Origin: a bacterium
GTDB lineage: Bacteria; Hinthialibacterota; Hinthialibacteria; Hinthialibacterales; Hinthialibacteraceae
DNA length: 64,000 bases
Direction: 5' to 3'
NCBI GenBank assembly: GCA_963663405.2
Contig: CAXXSM010000130.1
Coordinates: 64,001-128,000, forward strand
Part shown: one piece after another, positions 41,019 through 51,548 of the stretch
How the letters are laid out: each line of letters opens with the position of its first letter
How positions within the stretch are numbered: position 1 is the first letter of the stretch
The notes under the pieces: generated by a model
Seen by the model: only the letters and a program-made list of their open reading frames with translations
Told to the model about the DNA's origin: nothing
Databases searched by the model: none
Position numbers and translations under genes: made by a program

Positions 41019-42461
41019 ATGAATTTTCATTCCTGGTTTTTTGGTTTTTTTTTGATCCTTGTTTATGCGTTGTATTTATCTTTCCGGCGCCAAGGGCAAA
41101 ATCGTTTACTGTTAGTGGCGAGTTATTTTTTTTATAGCGCTTGGGATTGCCGGTTTCTTCTCCTGATTTTCATTACCAGCGTGACGGATTATTTCTGTGG
41201 TTTAAAGATCGCGCAGTCTAAAGAGAAAAAGACGCGGAAGGCGTACTTATTGTTGAGCGCCGGCGTCAATTTATCGATCCTTTTTACGTTTAAGTATTTC
41301 AATTTTTTTCTTGAAAATTTCTACGCGCTCATTGCGCTTTTCCATATTGAAATGCAGGCGCCGGTTTGGAATATCATCCTGCCGGTGGGGATCTCCTTTT
41401 ATACGTTCCAATCAATGAGTTATACCATCGATGTGTACCGGAATCAGTGCAAACCCACACGGAATTTTCTTGATTACGCGTTATTCGTTTCGTTTTTTCC
41501 GCAGCTGGTCGCCGGTCCCATCGAACGCGCCCGGAATCTTCTCCCTCAGTTGCTTTCCCCCCGGATTCTCCAGCGGAAACAGATCTCTGAGGGATTATTT
41601 CTTATTTATTGGGGGCTGTTCAAAAAATTATTCATCGCTGATAACTTGGATGATTTCCTCTTTTTTTTGGGCAGCAAAGGAACCGCGGGAGCCGAAGAAG
41701 GGGGCGCGTTGGTTTTAGTTTCAGCGTATGGGTATTTAATGCAGTTATACTGTGATTTCTCCGCATATTCGGATATCGCCCGTGGGGTAGCGAAACTATT
41801 CGGCATTGAAATCATGGATAATTTTAATGCGCCGTTCTTCGCGTCAAACATTCAAGAGGTTTGGGCGAGGTGGCATATCAGCCTGACCACCTGGATTCGG
41901 GATTATTTATACTACCCATTGGCGTTATTACGCGTCCGGAAAAGACATATCCCACCCAAAGCCGTGATTGTCATCACGTTTGTGATTATGGGGCTTTGGC
42001 ATGGAGCCGCTTGGAATTATATCTTATGGGGACTTTATCACGGACTCGCGCTTGCTGTTTACGCTTCGATCGCGCCTTGGATCAAACGGCGGCGTTTCTC
42101 ATCAGCCCCGCGTTTGCTTCGTATTCTTATACGCGCGCTTTCTGTGACGTTCACGTTCCACATTTCCGTGATCGGAATTCTTCTGTTTCAAGCGGAATCG
42201 CTCGAGCAGATTCTGGTCTGGTTTTCATGTTTATTAACACGCTTTTCTATCCCACCTGGAACGATGGAACTTTTTTCTCTTGTGATTTTGTATACGCTGC
42301 CGCTGTGGATTTTTGATTTTCTCTTATATCGATATAAAAGCCTCGAACGATTGTTTCAATTTCCGGCTGTGGCGCGGTATTGTTTTTTATACATTACGTT
42401 CTTCTTGTTGATGCTCTATGGATCCAAGGCGAAAAGCAGTTTTATTTACTTTCAATTCTAG
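41019..42461 (+). CDS. MBOAT O-acyltransferase (AlgI/PatA/DltB family)
   Basis: LPVGISFYTFQ, FPQLVAGPI, DFSAYSD, WHISL..W.RDY and GLWHGA motifs; C-terminal FIYFQF. Confidence 0.95.
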   Translation: MNFHSWFFGFFLILVYALYLSFRRQGQNRLLLVASYFFYSAWDCRFLLLIFITSVTDYFCGLKIAQSKEKKTRKAYLLLSAGVNLSILFTFKYFNFFLENFYALIALFHIEMQAPVWNIILPVGISFYTFQSMSYTIDVYRNQCKPTRNFLDYALFVSFFPQLVAGPIERARNLLPQLLSPRILQRKQISEGLFLIYWGLFKKLFIADNLDDFLFFLGSKGTAGAEEGGALVLVSAYGYLMQLYCDFSAYSDIARGVAKLFGIEIMDNFNAPFFASNIQEVWARWHISLTTWIRDYLYYPLALLRVRKRHIPPKAVIVITFVIMGLWHGAAWNYILWGLYHGLALAVYASIAPWIKRRRFSSAPRLLRILIRALSVTFTFHISVIGILLFQAESLEQILVWFSCLLTRFSIPPGTMELFSLVILYTLPLWIFDFLLYRYKSLERLFQFPAVARYCFLYITFFLLMLYGSKAKSSFIYFQF

Positions 42462-42487
42462 CGCGAGGGAAAGGAGACTATGACATC

Positions 42488-43651
42488 ATGGATCGAGAAG
42501 AATTGGGATGGAAACAAGCGCTTCCTTTCCTTTGGCATAGCCGACGATTCTTTTGTATTGTGGCGGCGTTGTTCCTTTTAGAATTGGCGCTGGCCCCGGT
42601 TTTTTCTTCATGGCTGCCGGAATCCTGGTATCTTGGTTATTTCTTAACCTGGCGGGCGGTCAAAACGTCCGAACTCATTATGAATGGAGAGGACATTGTA
42701 GAAGTGGATGAGGTTTGCGGGTGGCGCAACCGGCCTTATTCGGTTGATAAACTTGAACGCATTTATTACGATCAATATGGTTCCCGCTCCTACGGCGGGA
42801 TCGAGATTGGCGCGCGGAAGAAACGGCGGATCGTGTTTCTCGGTGATTCACGGATTAACGGATGGGCCAAAGTTAAAAACGATCAAACAATTAACGCCTA
42901 TTTAGAAAACGACACGATTGAAACGCTGAATTTTGGAACGGAACTGTTTGGTTTAGATCAATCGTATTTAGCTATGCCGAGGATTGTGGACCGCTTTCAA
43001 CCGGATGTGTTTGTGATCGGTCTTGATTTGGAAGAACTTAATTTCCTTGATAGCACATACCTGCCGTTTACCCGGCGAAGATCAAAACCGCTGTTGAAGC
43101 CCCATTTCGTATTAAAGGGGAATCAACTCCAGTTGAAAACTCTTCCGATTCGAGAGCTGATGGAAAATGTCCCTGACAATCCAGCGTTATTGGAATATCT
43201 TCGGGAACATGATAATCATTTTGATTCCTTTGAACGTTTCAAAAAATGGGAATTCACTCCTTTCTTGAATATACTGACCAGAATCAATAATTTCTTGCGA
43301 ACCGAAAATGAGGAGATCCAGTATTATTTTAAAACAGAAGGCTGGGAACCGATTTCAAATATGCCTCTCATCAAAGCGCTCATCAAAGAATGTAAAACGT
43401 ACACGGATGAGAAACAAATCACATTGGTTTTTATTCTTCTGCCCAGTTTTAAGATCCTAAAATCTGAATGTGAGGAGTACACATCGATTCTCACCCTCCT
43501 GGAGACTCTTTCAATCAAGTATGTCGATGTGAAAAGTCTCTTGCAAGAACGGGTGAGTATTCTCAATCGTTTTTATGCGGATAACGATCATTTCACTGCA
43601 AGAGGGAATCAGCTGATCGCTGAAGCCTTGGCCCGCGCGCTTGAAGATTGA
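42488..43651 (+). CDS. Membrane-anchored SGNH/GDSL-family protein
   Basis: FLGDS nucleophile motif and DNDHFT..GN; one N-terminal TM. Confidence 0.85.
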   Translation: MDREELGWKQALPFLWHSRRFFCIVAALFLLELALAPVFSSWLPESWYLGYFLTWRAVKTSELIMNGEDIVEVDEVCGWRNRPYSVDKLERIYYDQYGSRSYGGIEIGARKKRRIVFLGDSRINGWAKVKNDQTINAYLENDTIETLNFGTELFGLDQSYLAMPRIVDRFQPDVFVIGLDLEELNFLDSTYLPFTRRRSKPLLKPHFVLKGNQLQLKTLPIRELMENVPDNPALLEYLREHDNHFDSFERFKKWEFTPFLNILTRINNFLRTENEEIQYYFKTEGWEPISNMPLIKALIKECKTYTDEKQITLVFILLPSFKILKSECEEYTSILTLLETLSIKYVDVKSLLQERVSILNRFYADNDHFTARGNQLIAEALARALED

Positions 43652-43726
43652 TGACGAAAGAAGAGTCTTTGAGCGAAGAGATACAGATTTCTTTATGGAA
43701 GGGATTTTGATTTTTGTTAACGCGAG

Positions 43727-45631
43727 TTACACAACCGCAGCGTGGGAATGGGTACGCATGAAATTGGTGATTCGTTTGGTGACTTGGCTTGGCAAGAGTC
43801 CGTGTTCCTCAAAGATTTGATTACGGGTTCCCTGTTCAATTACGAGGTCCGGCAACGCAAGACGAAGCAGGGGAATGCGTCCAATCTCCATGTCCATCAT
43901 CGCTTCCGCCACTGCGCTGGAAAAACCTCCCTCAATGGAATGATCTTCATATGTGACGAAATAGTGATGATTGACGCTGAGTTTCCGGAGGAGATCTGTA
44001 TCGAGTGGTTTGACGAATCGCATGTTGACCACTGTGGGATCGAGACCGTCTTTTTTTAAGAATTCGGCCGCCTCCATCGCACGGTTGACCATATAGCCGT
44101 AAGCGAGAATCGCGACTTCCGATCCTTGTTTTAACACGACACCCCGGCCAATGGGAACCGGCTCTTCTTCCTCATTCCATTCGACTCCTTCTCCGCTTGT
44201 GCGCGGATAGCGGACGGCGAAAGGCCCGTTGTACTGAAGGGCCGTCCATAGGAGTTGTGCTAATTCCCGTTCATTGGACGCGGCGGAGACTACAATGTTG
44301 GGCAGACAGCGCAAATACGCGGTGTCGTACAATCCCTGGTGCGTCGCGCCGTCGTCGCCGATCACCCCGGCGCGGTCGATCGCGAAGATGACGGGGAGGT
44401 TTTGGATACAAATATCGTGATAGATCTGGTCAAACGCGCGCTGCAGGAATGTGGAATAGATGGCCGCGACAGGCCGGATGCCCTCGCATGCCAATCCAGC
44501 GGCCAGCGTGACAGCGTGGGGTTCGGCGATTCCTACATCGAAAAACCGGTCCGGACATTCTTTCGCCAAGGCGCTTAAGCCGGTTCCCGGCGCCATCGCC
44601 GCCGTGATGCCAACCACTTTGGGATTCTTTTCCGCCATTTTACACATTACGCGGCTGAAGACCTGTGTATATGGTGGCGGGGGTGTGGATTTAAGTTTCG
44701 ATGTAGAGATGACGAGGGGTTTACCGGTGCCTTTATCAAAGGGTTTGGCTCCATGCCATTTGGTCGGATCGTTGGCGGCGATGTCGTAACCATGCCCTTT
44801 TTCGGTAATGATGTGCAATAGGAGGGGACCGTTGAGATATTTTAATTTCGTTAATGTGTCGATTAGAAGATTGATGTCGTGTCCATTGATGGGGCCGAAA
44901 TACCGGAAACCAAGTTCTTCGAAAAAGGCGCCAGGCACAAGGAGTGATTTAATACTCTCTTCGACGCGCTGGAGGCGCCGCATGATGACATTGCCAAGTC
45001 CTTTTTCGAGAAGTTTATCGACGCCTTTTTTTGTTTTGTTATAGTAATGACTGCTGATGATCCGGTTTAAATAATGGGAAATGCCGCCTACATTGGGCGA
45101 GATGGACATATCATTGTCATTTAAAATTACTAACATGTCCTTTTTCAATTCGCCCGCGTGGTCCAACCCTTCATAGGCCATCCCGCCGGTCAGACCGCCA
45201 TCGCCAATGACGGCGATCACGTTATAATCGTCTCCATTGAGATCACGGGCGGCGGCCATCCCCACCGCGGCGGAGACGGATGTGCTGGCGTGACCCGCGC
45301 CGAATGGATCGTGTGGACTTTCACGGCGGCGTGGAAACCCGCTGACGCCCTCATACTGGCGGAGCGTATGAAATCGGTCTTGTCGGCCGGTGAGGAGTTT
45401 GTGAGCGTAACTTTGATGACCGACGTCCCAAATTATTTTGTCGCGGGGGCTTTCAAAAACCCGGTGAAGCGCAACCGTTAATTCCACCGCTCCCAAACAG
45501 GGCGCCAGATGTCCGCCTCTTTTACTTACCACATCAATAATGGCTTGGCGGAGTTCACTGGAAAGCGCCTCTAATTCGGAGAGTTCAAGTTTCTTTAGCT
45601 CTTCCGGGCTTTGTGCTCGTTCGAGAATCAT
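43727..45631 (-). CDS. dxs: 1-deoxy-D-xylulose-5-phosphate synthase
   Basis: GGHL, WDVGHQ.Y.HK, GDG...LNDN.MSIS.NVG and YSTFLQRA motifs. Confidence 0.98.
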   Translation of the reverse strand: MILERAQSPEELKKLELSELEALSSELRQAIIDVVSKRGGHLAPCLGAVELTVALHRVFESPRDKIIWDVGHQSYAHKLLTGRQDRFHTLRQYEGVSGFPRRRESPHDPFGAGHASTSVSAAVGMAAARDLNGDDYNVIAVIGDGGLTGGMAYEGLDHAGELKKDMLVILNDNDMSISPNVGGISHYLNRIISSHYYNKTKKGVDKLLEKGLGNVIMRRLQRVEESIKSLLVPGAFFEELGFRYFGPINGHDINLLIDTLTKLKYLNGPLLLHIITEKGHGYDIAANDPTKWHGAKPFDKGTGKPLVISTSKLKSTPPPPYTQVFSRVMCKMAEKNPKVVGITAAMAPGTGLSALAKECPDRFFDVGIAEPHAVTLAAGLACEGIRPVAAIYSTFLQRAFDQIYHDICIQNLPVIFAIDRAGVIGDDGATHQGLYDTAYLRCLPNIVVSAASNERELAQLLWTALQYNGPFAVRYPRTSGEGVEWNEEEEPVPIGRGVVLKQGSEVAILAYGYMVNRAMEAAEFLKKDGLDPTVVNMRFVKPLDTDLLRKLSVNHHYFVTYEDHSIEGGFSSAVAEAMMDMEIGRIPLLRLALPDLVIEQGTRNQIFEEHGLLPSQVTKRITNFMRTHSHAAVV

Positions 45632-45730
45632 TCGTATTAACCTATCGATTTTTTGACTTATATTTCAAGAATACATTTTACGTCTCAATTTTCGATTGAG
45701 AACGCAGAAATTAAAAAAGAACAAACTTAT

Positions 45731-46705
45731 TTACTTGTCCCGTTGTGTCATAAGATGGGTAAAATCTATTAAAACAGAGGCGCGGCCGCCTTCTGGTTCC
45801 AGCAGATTCAATATTTCATTTTTCAATATGTCGACGCGTTTTCTGGATTCGTCCAGACCGATCAGGGAGGGATATGTCAATTTTCCCTGCGCCTCGTCGC
45901 TTCCTGGTTGTTTCCCCATGAGGCTCGCGGCGCCGACTACATCCAGAATATCATCGACTACCTGAAAAATCAAACCAATTCTCGTCCCATATTCCTGAAG
46001 GATCTCCAGATCGCGTTCTGAGGCGGAGACCATCTGGGCTCCCATGCGCAGGGCGGCGCGGAGAAGGGCGGCGGTTTTGTGCAGATGAATGAATTCAAGA
46101 ATCTCTTCTGTGCCCGGTTTTGATTCGTATTCCATATCGACGGCCTGCCCGGCGACCATCCCCGGTTGTCCGCTCGCAATGGCCAATTCCCGCGCAGCGC
46201 GTAGAGCCTGTAAGGCGAACGTCTCTGGAAGTTCCGCGAGGACTTGAAAACCCAGCGTCTGTAGGGCGTCGGCGGCGAGGACCGCCATCGCTTCCCCATA
46301 GACCACGTGACACGTCGGTTTGCCCCGCCGCAGATCGTCGTCGTCCATGCATGGAAGGTCGTCATGAACGAGTGAATAGGTGTGAATGAATTCCACCGAA
46401 CACGCTGTCGTCAACAGGGCTCGTTTTAAATCTGGATCCACACCATCCCAACTCTTACCCGCGTACACATCCTCCCCGGATACACCCCGGCAGAAGTCCA
46501 CGGCGGCGAGCGTTAAAAAGGGTCGAACTCGTTTTCCACCCGCTTTGACCGGATAGCGCATCGCCTCGTTGAGGGGCGCCGTGGGGCCATCTGTTTGCGG
46601 GAGCAATTGAAAAAGGACCTCTTCGACTTCTTTCCGCCGCCGATCGATTAAGTCATGAATGGGCTTTCTCTCCGGTTGTTGTCTCTGTTTCAATTGTTCG
46701 TTCAT
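45731..46705 (-). CDS. ispA: Polyprenyl diphosphate synthase (geranyltranstransferase)
   Basis: GGKRVRP, HDDLPCMDDDDLRRG and FQVVDDILD motifs; xseB-ispA-dxs synteny. Confidence 0.95.
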   Translation of the reverse strand: MNEQLKQRQQPERKPIHDLIDRRRKEVEEVLFQLLPQTDGPTAPLNEAMRYPVKAGGKRVRPFLTLAAVDFCRGVSGEDVYAGKSWDGVDPDLKRALLTTACSVEFIHTYSLVHDDLPCMDDDDLRRGKPTCHVVYGEAMAVLAADALQTLGFQVLAELPETFALQALRAARELAIASGQPGMVAGQAVDMEYESKPGTEEILEFIHLHKTAALLRAALRMGAQMVSASERDLEILQEYGTRIGLIFQVVDDILDVVGAASLMGKQPGSDEAQGKLTYPSLIGLDESRKRVDILKNEILNLLEPEGGRASVLIDFTHLMTQRDK

Positions 46706-46794
46706 TAAGACTGATGCTTTCTTCGATGAGTGATTATTAATAAAAAGGATAGCGAATTGGATTTATTTTCACGGGCGGGACGCCCGCGCTCCAT

Positions 46795-47052
46795 TTATTC
46801 ATCGTCCTCAAATTCTTTTTCGGAAACCTCGTTTTCCTGCGCCTTTATAAGTGTTTGTATGCGAGTCTCCACTTGATCGAGGCGATTTGAACAGGAATCA
46901 ATCAGTTCCATACCTTCAGAAAAGTATTGTTCCATTTGATCGAGGGTCAATCCACCCGCATGGAAGAGATCGATTATTTCTTCGATCCGCGCGATCCCTT
47001 TTTCGAAATCAAAAGAGTTTTTGGCAGTCTTGTTGGAATTCGTTTTTTTCAT
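46795..47052 (-). CDS. xseB: Exodeoxyribonuclease VII small subunit
   Basis: FEKGIARIEEII...EGMELI..C...L pattern; follows xseA. Confidence 0.9.
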   Translation of the reverse strand: MKKTNSNKTAKNSFDFEKGIARIEEIIDLFHAGGLTLDQMEQYFSEGMELIDSCSNRLDQVETRIQTLIKAQENEVSEKEFEDDE

Positions 47053-48338
47053 GAGGAACGATTGACCTTGTTGACTTTGGATTGAAATGAGCCGTCTATA
47101 ATGAACACGTCGACCTGATCACCGGTTTGAACCTGCTCGATCTTTCGCACGACGTTTCCGTCGGCCTGCTGGCAGATCGAAAAGCCTCTCTGCAGCACAT
47201 GGACTGGTTCGAGACTTTTTAAGAGAAGCGTATACCGTTCTATTTCTTTTCTTTTTTCAGTGAATGCGTTGGATGCGGACCGGACTACTTCGTCCGCCGT
47301 TTTTTCGAGGAGCGGGCGTTTCTCCCGGACGGCGCGTTGAATGGCTTGGATCAAGTAGAGCGCGTATCCATCTAGGCGCTGGCGGAATTGAGCGATGGCG
47401 CCTAAAGGGTGATAGCGCTCGAATGTCTTCCGGGCTGTCTCAAACCGTTCTCGTATTCGTTCGAAGGAGGCGCCGATCGCATGTGAGAATTGGTTCTGGA
47501 GAAGGCGCAGGCGTCCCCGATGGCGATCGAAGAGTTCGGCGATTCTCTGCGCGGCGTTTGTCGGTGTAGAGGCGCGAATGTCGGCGGCGAAATCGGCGAT
47601 CGTGAAATCCACTTCATGCCCGACACCCGTCATCACTGGAACGGAGGAACCGGCGATCGCCCGCGCGACGATCTCTTCATTAAACGCCCATAGATCCTCT
47701 AGGCTGCCTCCCCCCCGGCAGAGAACGAGAAGATCGTAAATCCCCGCTTGATTGACTTGATGAATGGCTTCCGTGATTTCGGAGGAGGCTTTCTCCCCCT
47801 GCACCAGCGTGGGGTAGATCGTCACTTCAATCGGGCAGAACGCGTTTTGAAGAACAGTGATAAAATCATGTATCGCCGCGCCGGTGGGCGACGTAATGAC
47901 CGCAATGGATTGGGGAAACGCGGGTAGTGGCTTTTTCCGCTCTTCGTCGAATAAACCTTCTTGGTACAACCGCTGTTTCAATTCTTCGAATCGTTGTTGC
48001 AGAACGCCGGCGCCCGTTTTCCGGATGGAATTGACCACCAGCTGGTATTGCCCGCGTGGGGGATAGACAGTAAGGCTCCCTCCCGCGATAACATCGGTTC
48101 CATCCCCTAATTCTAATCCGCCCCATCGCGCGGCGGTGGACCGCCACGCTACGCATTCCAGAACCGCTTTGTCGTCTTTCAGGCGAAAATAGACGTGACC
48201 GGATGGCGCTTTTTTATAATTGGAGATTTCACCCCGGACTTGGAGCCAGTCGAAGGTCTCTTCCAGCGAGCGGCTGATTTCGTGCGTCAGTTGAGAGACG
48301 CTGTATGGTTGTTCGATCGGGGGGGATTGGCCATCCAT
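47049..48338 (-). CDS. xseA: Exodeoxyribonuclease VII large subunit
   Basis: GEISN..SGH.YF.LKD, RGGGSLEDLWAFN and GHEVD motifs. Confidence 0.97.
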   Translation of the reverse strand: MDGQSPPIEQPYSVSQLTHEISRSLEETFDWLQVRGEISNYKKAPSGHVYFRLKDDKAVLECVAWRSTAARWGGLELGDGTDVIAGGSLTVYPPRGQYQLVVNSIRKTGAGVLQQRFEELKQRLYQEGLFDEERKKPLPAFPQSIAVITSPTGAAIHDFITVLQNAFCPIEVTIYPTLVQGEKASSEITEAIHQVNQAGIYDLLVLCRGGGSLEDLWAFNEEIVARAIAGSSVPVMTGVGHEVDFTIADFAADIRASTPTNAAQRIAELFDRHRGRLRLLQNQFSHAIGASFERIRERFETARKTFERYHPLGAIAQFRQRLDGYALYLIQAIQRAVREKRPLLEKTADEVVRSASNAFTEKRKEIERYTLLLKSLEPVHVLQRGFSICQQADGNVVRKIEQVQTGDQVDVFIIDGSFQSKVNKVNRSS

Positions 48339-48341
48339 GAT

Positions 48342-49136
48342 TTACTCGTTTGATACTTCGGGCGCATCGACACTGATTCGCTTGATAGAAAGGGCTTTGT
48401 TTGACGTGTCATCCACGTCAATTAATACTGCGCAGATTTTTACATTATTCTTTGCGACTTTATGGGGTTGCCGCGCGGGTGACAGGAATTTTTTTGTCGC
48501 GGGCCCGATTTCCATTCCAATGACGGAGTCGTACGGCCCAGACATGCCTACATCAGAGATATACGCTGTGCCATTGGGCAGAATTCGTTCGTCGGCGGTG
48601 GGTATGTGGGTATGCGTTCCAACAACCGCAGTCACGCGGCCGTCCAGATACCAGCCCATCGCCACTTTTTCGGAGGTCGCTTCCCCGTGGAGATCGAGGA
48701 TAATTGGATAGTTCCCGTCTATTTCGCGAAGCATATCATCCACGCGCCGGAACGGGCAATCGACACTGCTCATGAAGAGGCGGCAGAGAATCTGCGCAAC
48801 GATTACTTTTTTCCCATTCGGCGCTGGAAGCGCTGTATACCCCTGGCCAGGAAGGCCGGGGGGGTAATTATAGGCGCGGACGAGGCGTGAATTGCCATCG
48901 ATAAATGAGAAAATATCTTTGTTGTCCCACGTATGATTTCCCAATGTGATGACGTCTACTCCGGAGGCATAGATTTCTTTGGCGGAATCGAAGGTGAGGC
49001 CTTTGCCTCCAGCGGCGTTTTCCCCGTTGGCGATACAGAAATCGGCCTTATATTCGGCCTTGATCCGCATGAGCCGGGAGACAACCGCCCGGCGTCCCGG
49101 CCTTCCGAAGATATCGCCTAAAAACAAAATTCGCAT
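48342..49136 (-). CDS. ymdB: YmdB-family metallophosphoesterase
   Basis: GDIFGRPG, NGENAAGG, GNH, HGEATSEK and GTHTH motifs. Confidence 0.93.
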   Translation of the reverse strand: MRILFLGDIFGRPGRRAVVSRLMRIKAEYKADFCIANGENAAGGKGLTFDSAKEIYASGVDVITLGNHTWDNKDIFSFIDGNSRLVRAYNYPPGLPGQGYTALPAPNGKKVIVAQILCRLFMSSVDCPFRRVDDMLREIDGNYPIILDLHGEATSEKVAMGWYLDGRVTAVVGTHTHIPTADERILPNGTAYISDVGMSGPYDSVIGMEIGPATKKFLSPARQPHKVAKNNVKICAVLIDVDDTSNKALSIKRISVDAPEVSNE

Positions 49137-49414
49137 AGTGAAGCTGTCTTTCTAATGTGGATTATCCAAGGAACGATGTCCTGTAAAGAGACGCCGTTGG
49201 GAAAGAGGATAATACTGGTTTATTGAAACAGATGAATTATTTTGTGAAATCGTGTAGAAGAAAAAGTTATAAAGGAACAATTCCTCTTCTGGTTCTGTCC
49301 GTTCTTCGTGCTGTTTTACTTACATAGTCATGCAGGACGAACTGCATCTCTATAACTCACCCTACGGTGCTAATGTTGTGTTGACGCAAGACGCCGTCAT
49401 TCATTTGTTCGTTT

Positions 49415-49591
49415 TCAATCACTCAGTTTCTTGATAATGTGTCTAGCCAGTTGGTCATTGATTTCACGATGCCTCGGTACTGGCTGGCACTCTTTTGTCT
49501 TCGGATTCTGATACCAATCGTGTCGCCCACCGTGTCGAATCATCACGCATCCAAGCGTGTTCAGCTGCTTGATGAGTTCTGTTCTTTTCAT
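49415..49591 (-). CDS. HicA-family toxin (58 aa, below the ORF-track cut-off)
   Basis: Hand translation MKRTELIKQLNTLGCVMIRHGGRHDWYQNPKTKECQPVPRHREINDQLARHIIKKLSD; overlaps the HicB stop (ATGA). Confidence 0.85.
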   Translation of the reverse strand: MKRTELIKQLNTLGCVMIRHGGRHDWYQNPKTKECQPVPRHREINDQLARHIIKKLSD

Positions 49592-49779
49592 GGTATAATC
49601 AATTCAGCGACTTGGCGTACACATGGTATGTCCCCACTGATTAGGTCTTTCCGAATGTCGCGGAGATTCTCCTCAAGTTCTTCGAGGCTTTCCCCTTGAG
49701 TCCAGTAGTCCGGATAGTCCTCAAAATAGCCCAGCCACATCTCTCCGTCCTGCCAGCGGACATATCGAAGATTTTCCAT
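49588..49779 (-). CDS. Short HicB-family antitoxin (no DNA-binding domain)
   Basis: WLGYFEDYPDYWTQGESLEELEENL; GGAG RBS before ATG at 49779. Confidence 0.85.
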   Translation of the reverse strand: MENLRYVRWQDGEMWLGYFEDYPDYWTQGESLEELEENLRDIRKDLISGDIPCVRQVAELIIP

Positions 49780-49922
49780 CCGTTTCTCCTTCCTTTTACA
49801 CATAGCGCTCCGTATGACTGACTAAGGTTAAACCGATTTAGCGCCACATGAAAGAGTAAACCAGCCTATGGAACTTTGAGACTTGAAATACGCGAACGCA
49901 AAGCGTAGGGCGGCCTCATTGT

Positions 49923-51485
49923 CTATTTCGCGTAGGCGACGGCGCGGGTTTCTCGAATGATGATGATTTTGATGTGACCGGGATACTCCATTTCTTCTTC
50001 AATCTTTTTTGAGACATCGTAGGCCAATTTCACAGCCGCTTGATCGTCCACTTCTTCGGGTTGGACCATTATCCGGATCTCCCGCCCGGCTTGTATGGCG
50101 AAACTTTTTTCGACGCCGTTGAAAGATTCAGCCAGAGTTTCCAGTTTTTCCAGCCGTTTGACGTAAGTTTCAATGGTTTCCCGGCGGGCTCCAGGACGGG
50201 CGGCGGAAAGGGCGTCGGCGACTTGTACGATTACTGCTTCGACGGTTTCCATTTCCACGTCTTCGTGGTGAGCGGCGATGGCGTTGACGACTTCTTTGCT
50301 TTCGCCCAGTTTCCGGGCGGTTTCCGCGCCGATTCCCGCATGGGTTCCATCGCGTTCAAAGTCGATCGCTTTGCCGATATCGTGCAGCAGGGCTCCCCGC
50401 TTGCAGATTTCTTCATCCGCGCCCAGTTCCGCAGCGATCGCTCCGGCGAGAAACGCCACTTCGCGGGCGTGATACAGCTGATTCTGCCCGTAAGAGAAGC
50501 GGTATTTCAACCGGCCGAAGATCTTGATCAGTTCCGGATTCATATCCACGATACCGAGATCGAAGACAACGCGTTCGGCGGCTTCGCGCATATCTTGTTC
50601 CATTTCTTTCATGACCCGGTCGTAGACTTCCTCGATTCGGCCTGGATGAATGCGGCCGTCAGCGATGAGTCCTTCCAAAGTCTGGCGGGCGGCTTCCCGG
50701 CGGACAGGATCGAACGCGGATAGGACGACGGTGTCCGGGGTGTCGTCAATAATTAGATTCACACCGGTCATCGCCTCGAACGCGCGGATATTGCGGCCTT
50801 CCCGTCCGATGATGCGGCCTTTGATATCGTCGGAGGGGAGGGAGACGGTGGAAACAGTGGACTCGTTCACATATTCCGTACATCCACGCTGCAGCGTAGT
50901 AGCAATGATGCGGCGCGCGTCTCGATGGGCGTTTTCTTTCGCATCATCCGTGATTTGTTTAATGATTTTAGCGGATTCCCGCCGCACATCAGTTTCCAGA
51001 GAGCGAAGAAGCATTTCTTTTGCCTCATCCGAAGTGAGTCCGGATATCTTTTCCAGTTCACCCCGCTGTTCCTGGATCAAATCGGTCAATTCCTCATCCT
51101 TTTTTTCCAGTTCTTTGGATCTTTTATCTAGTTTCTTTTGTTGCTCCTGGTTCGTGCGCTCCTGTTTTTCCATTACCTCTTGGCGTTTATCCAAGGTTTC
51201 TTCCCGGCGGTCGAGTTTCTTTTCCAGTGCGGATAATTCGGCGCGGCGCTCTTTCGCTTCCTGTTCGAGTTTTGTTTTTTCCTGATAGAGTTGTTCTTTT
51301 GATTCGATGGCGGCTTCTTTGCGAATCGTGGCCGCTTCTTTTTGCGCTTCTCTCCGGATTCGTTCCGTCAGTTGTTCAACACTGCCGATTTCGCGGTCCG
51401 TGAGAACTTTTTTTATGATGAATCCAACGAGGACTCCTCCCAGAAGCCCTACTAAGAGTCCAATTCCTGCGTATATCCATTCCAT
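49923..51485 (-). CDS. rny: Ribonuclease Y
   Basis: N-terminal TM, coiled coil, KH domain (KGRIIGREGRNIR), HD motif (LLHDIGK). Confidence 0.98.
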   Translation of the reverse strand: MEWIYAGIGLLVGLLGGVLVGFIIKKVLTDREIGSVEQLTERIRREAQKEAATIRKEAAIESKEQLYQEKTKLEQEAKERRAELSALEKKLDRREETLDKRQEVMEKQERTNQEQQKKLDKRSKELEKKDEELTDLIQEQRGELEKISGLTSDEAKEMLLRSLETDVRRESAKIIKQITDDAKENAHRDARRIIATTLQRGCTEYVNESTVSTVSLPSDDIKGRIIGREGRNIRAFEAMTGVNLIIDDTPDTVVLSAFDPVRREAARQTLEGLIADGRIHPGRIEEVYDRVMKEMEQDMREAAERVVFDLGIVDMNPELIKIFGRLKYRFSYGQNQLYHAREVAFLAGAIAAELGADEEICKRGALLHDIGKAIDFERDGTHAGIGAETARKLGESKEVVNAIAAHHEDVEMETVEAVIVQVADALSAARPGARRETIETYVKRLEKLETLAESFNGVEKSFAIQAGREIRIMVQPEEVDDQAAVKLAYDVSKKIEEEMEYPGHIKIIIIRETRAVAYAK

Positions 51486-51548
51486 GATTTATTTCCTCTC
51501 TCCTATATATAGTAATCGGTTGAAAACCTCTTCCTGATGAAGAGCGAT

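Noticed and set aside
50040-51285. Long antisense ORFs over rny and other GC-rich core genes
   Set aside because: They are shadow frames of well-conserved genes with no recognisable motifs.
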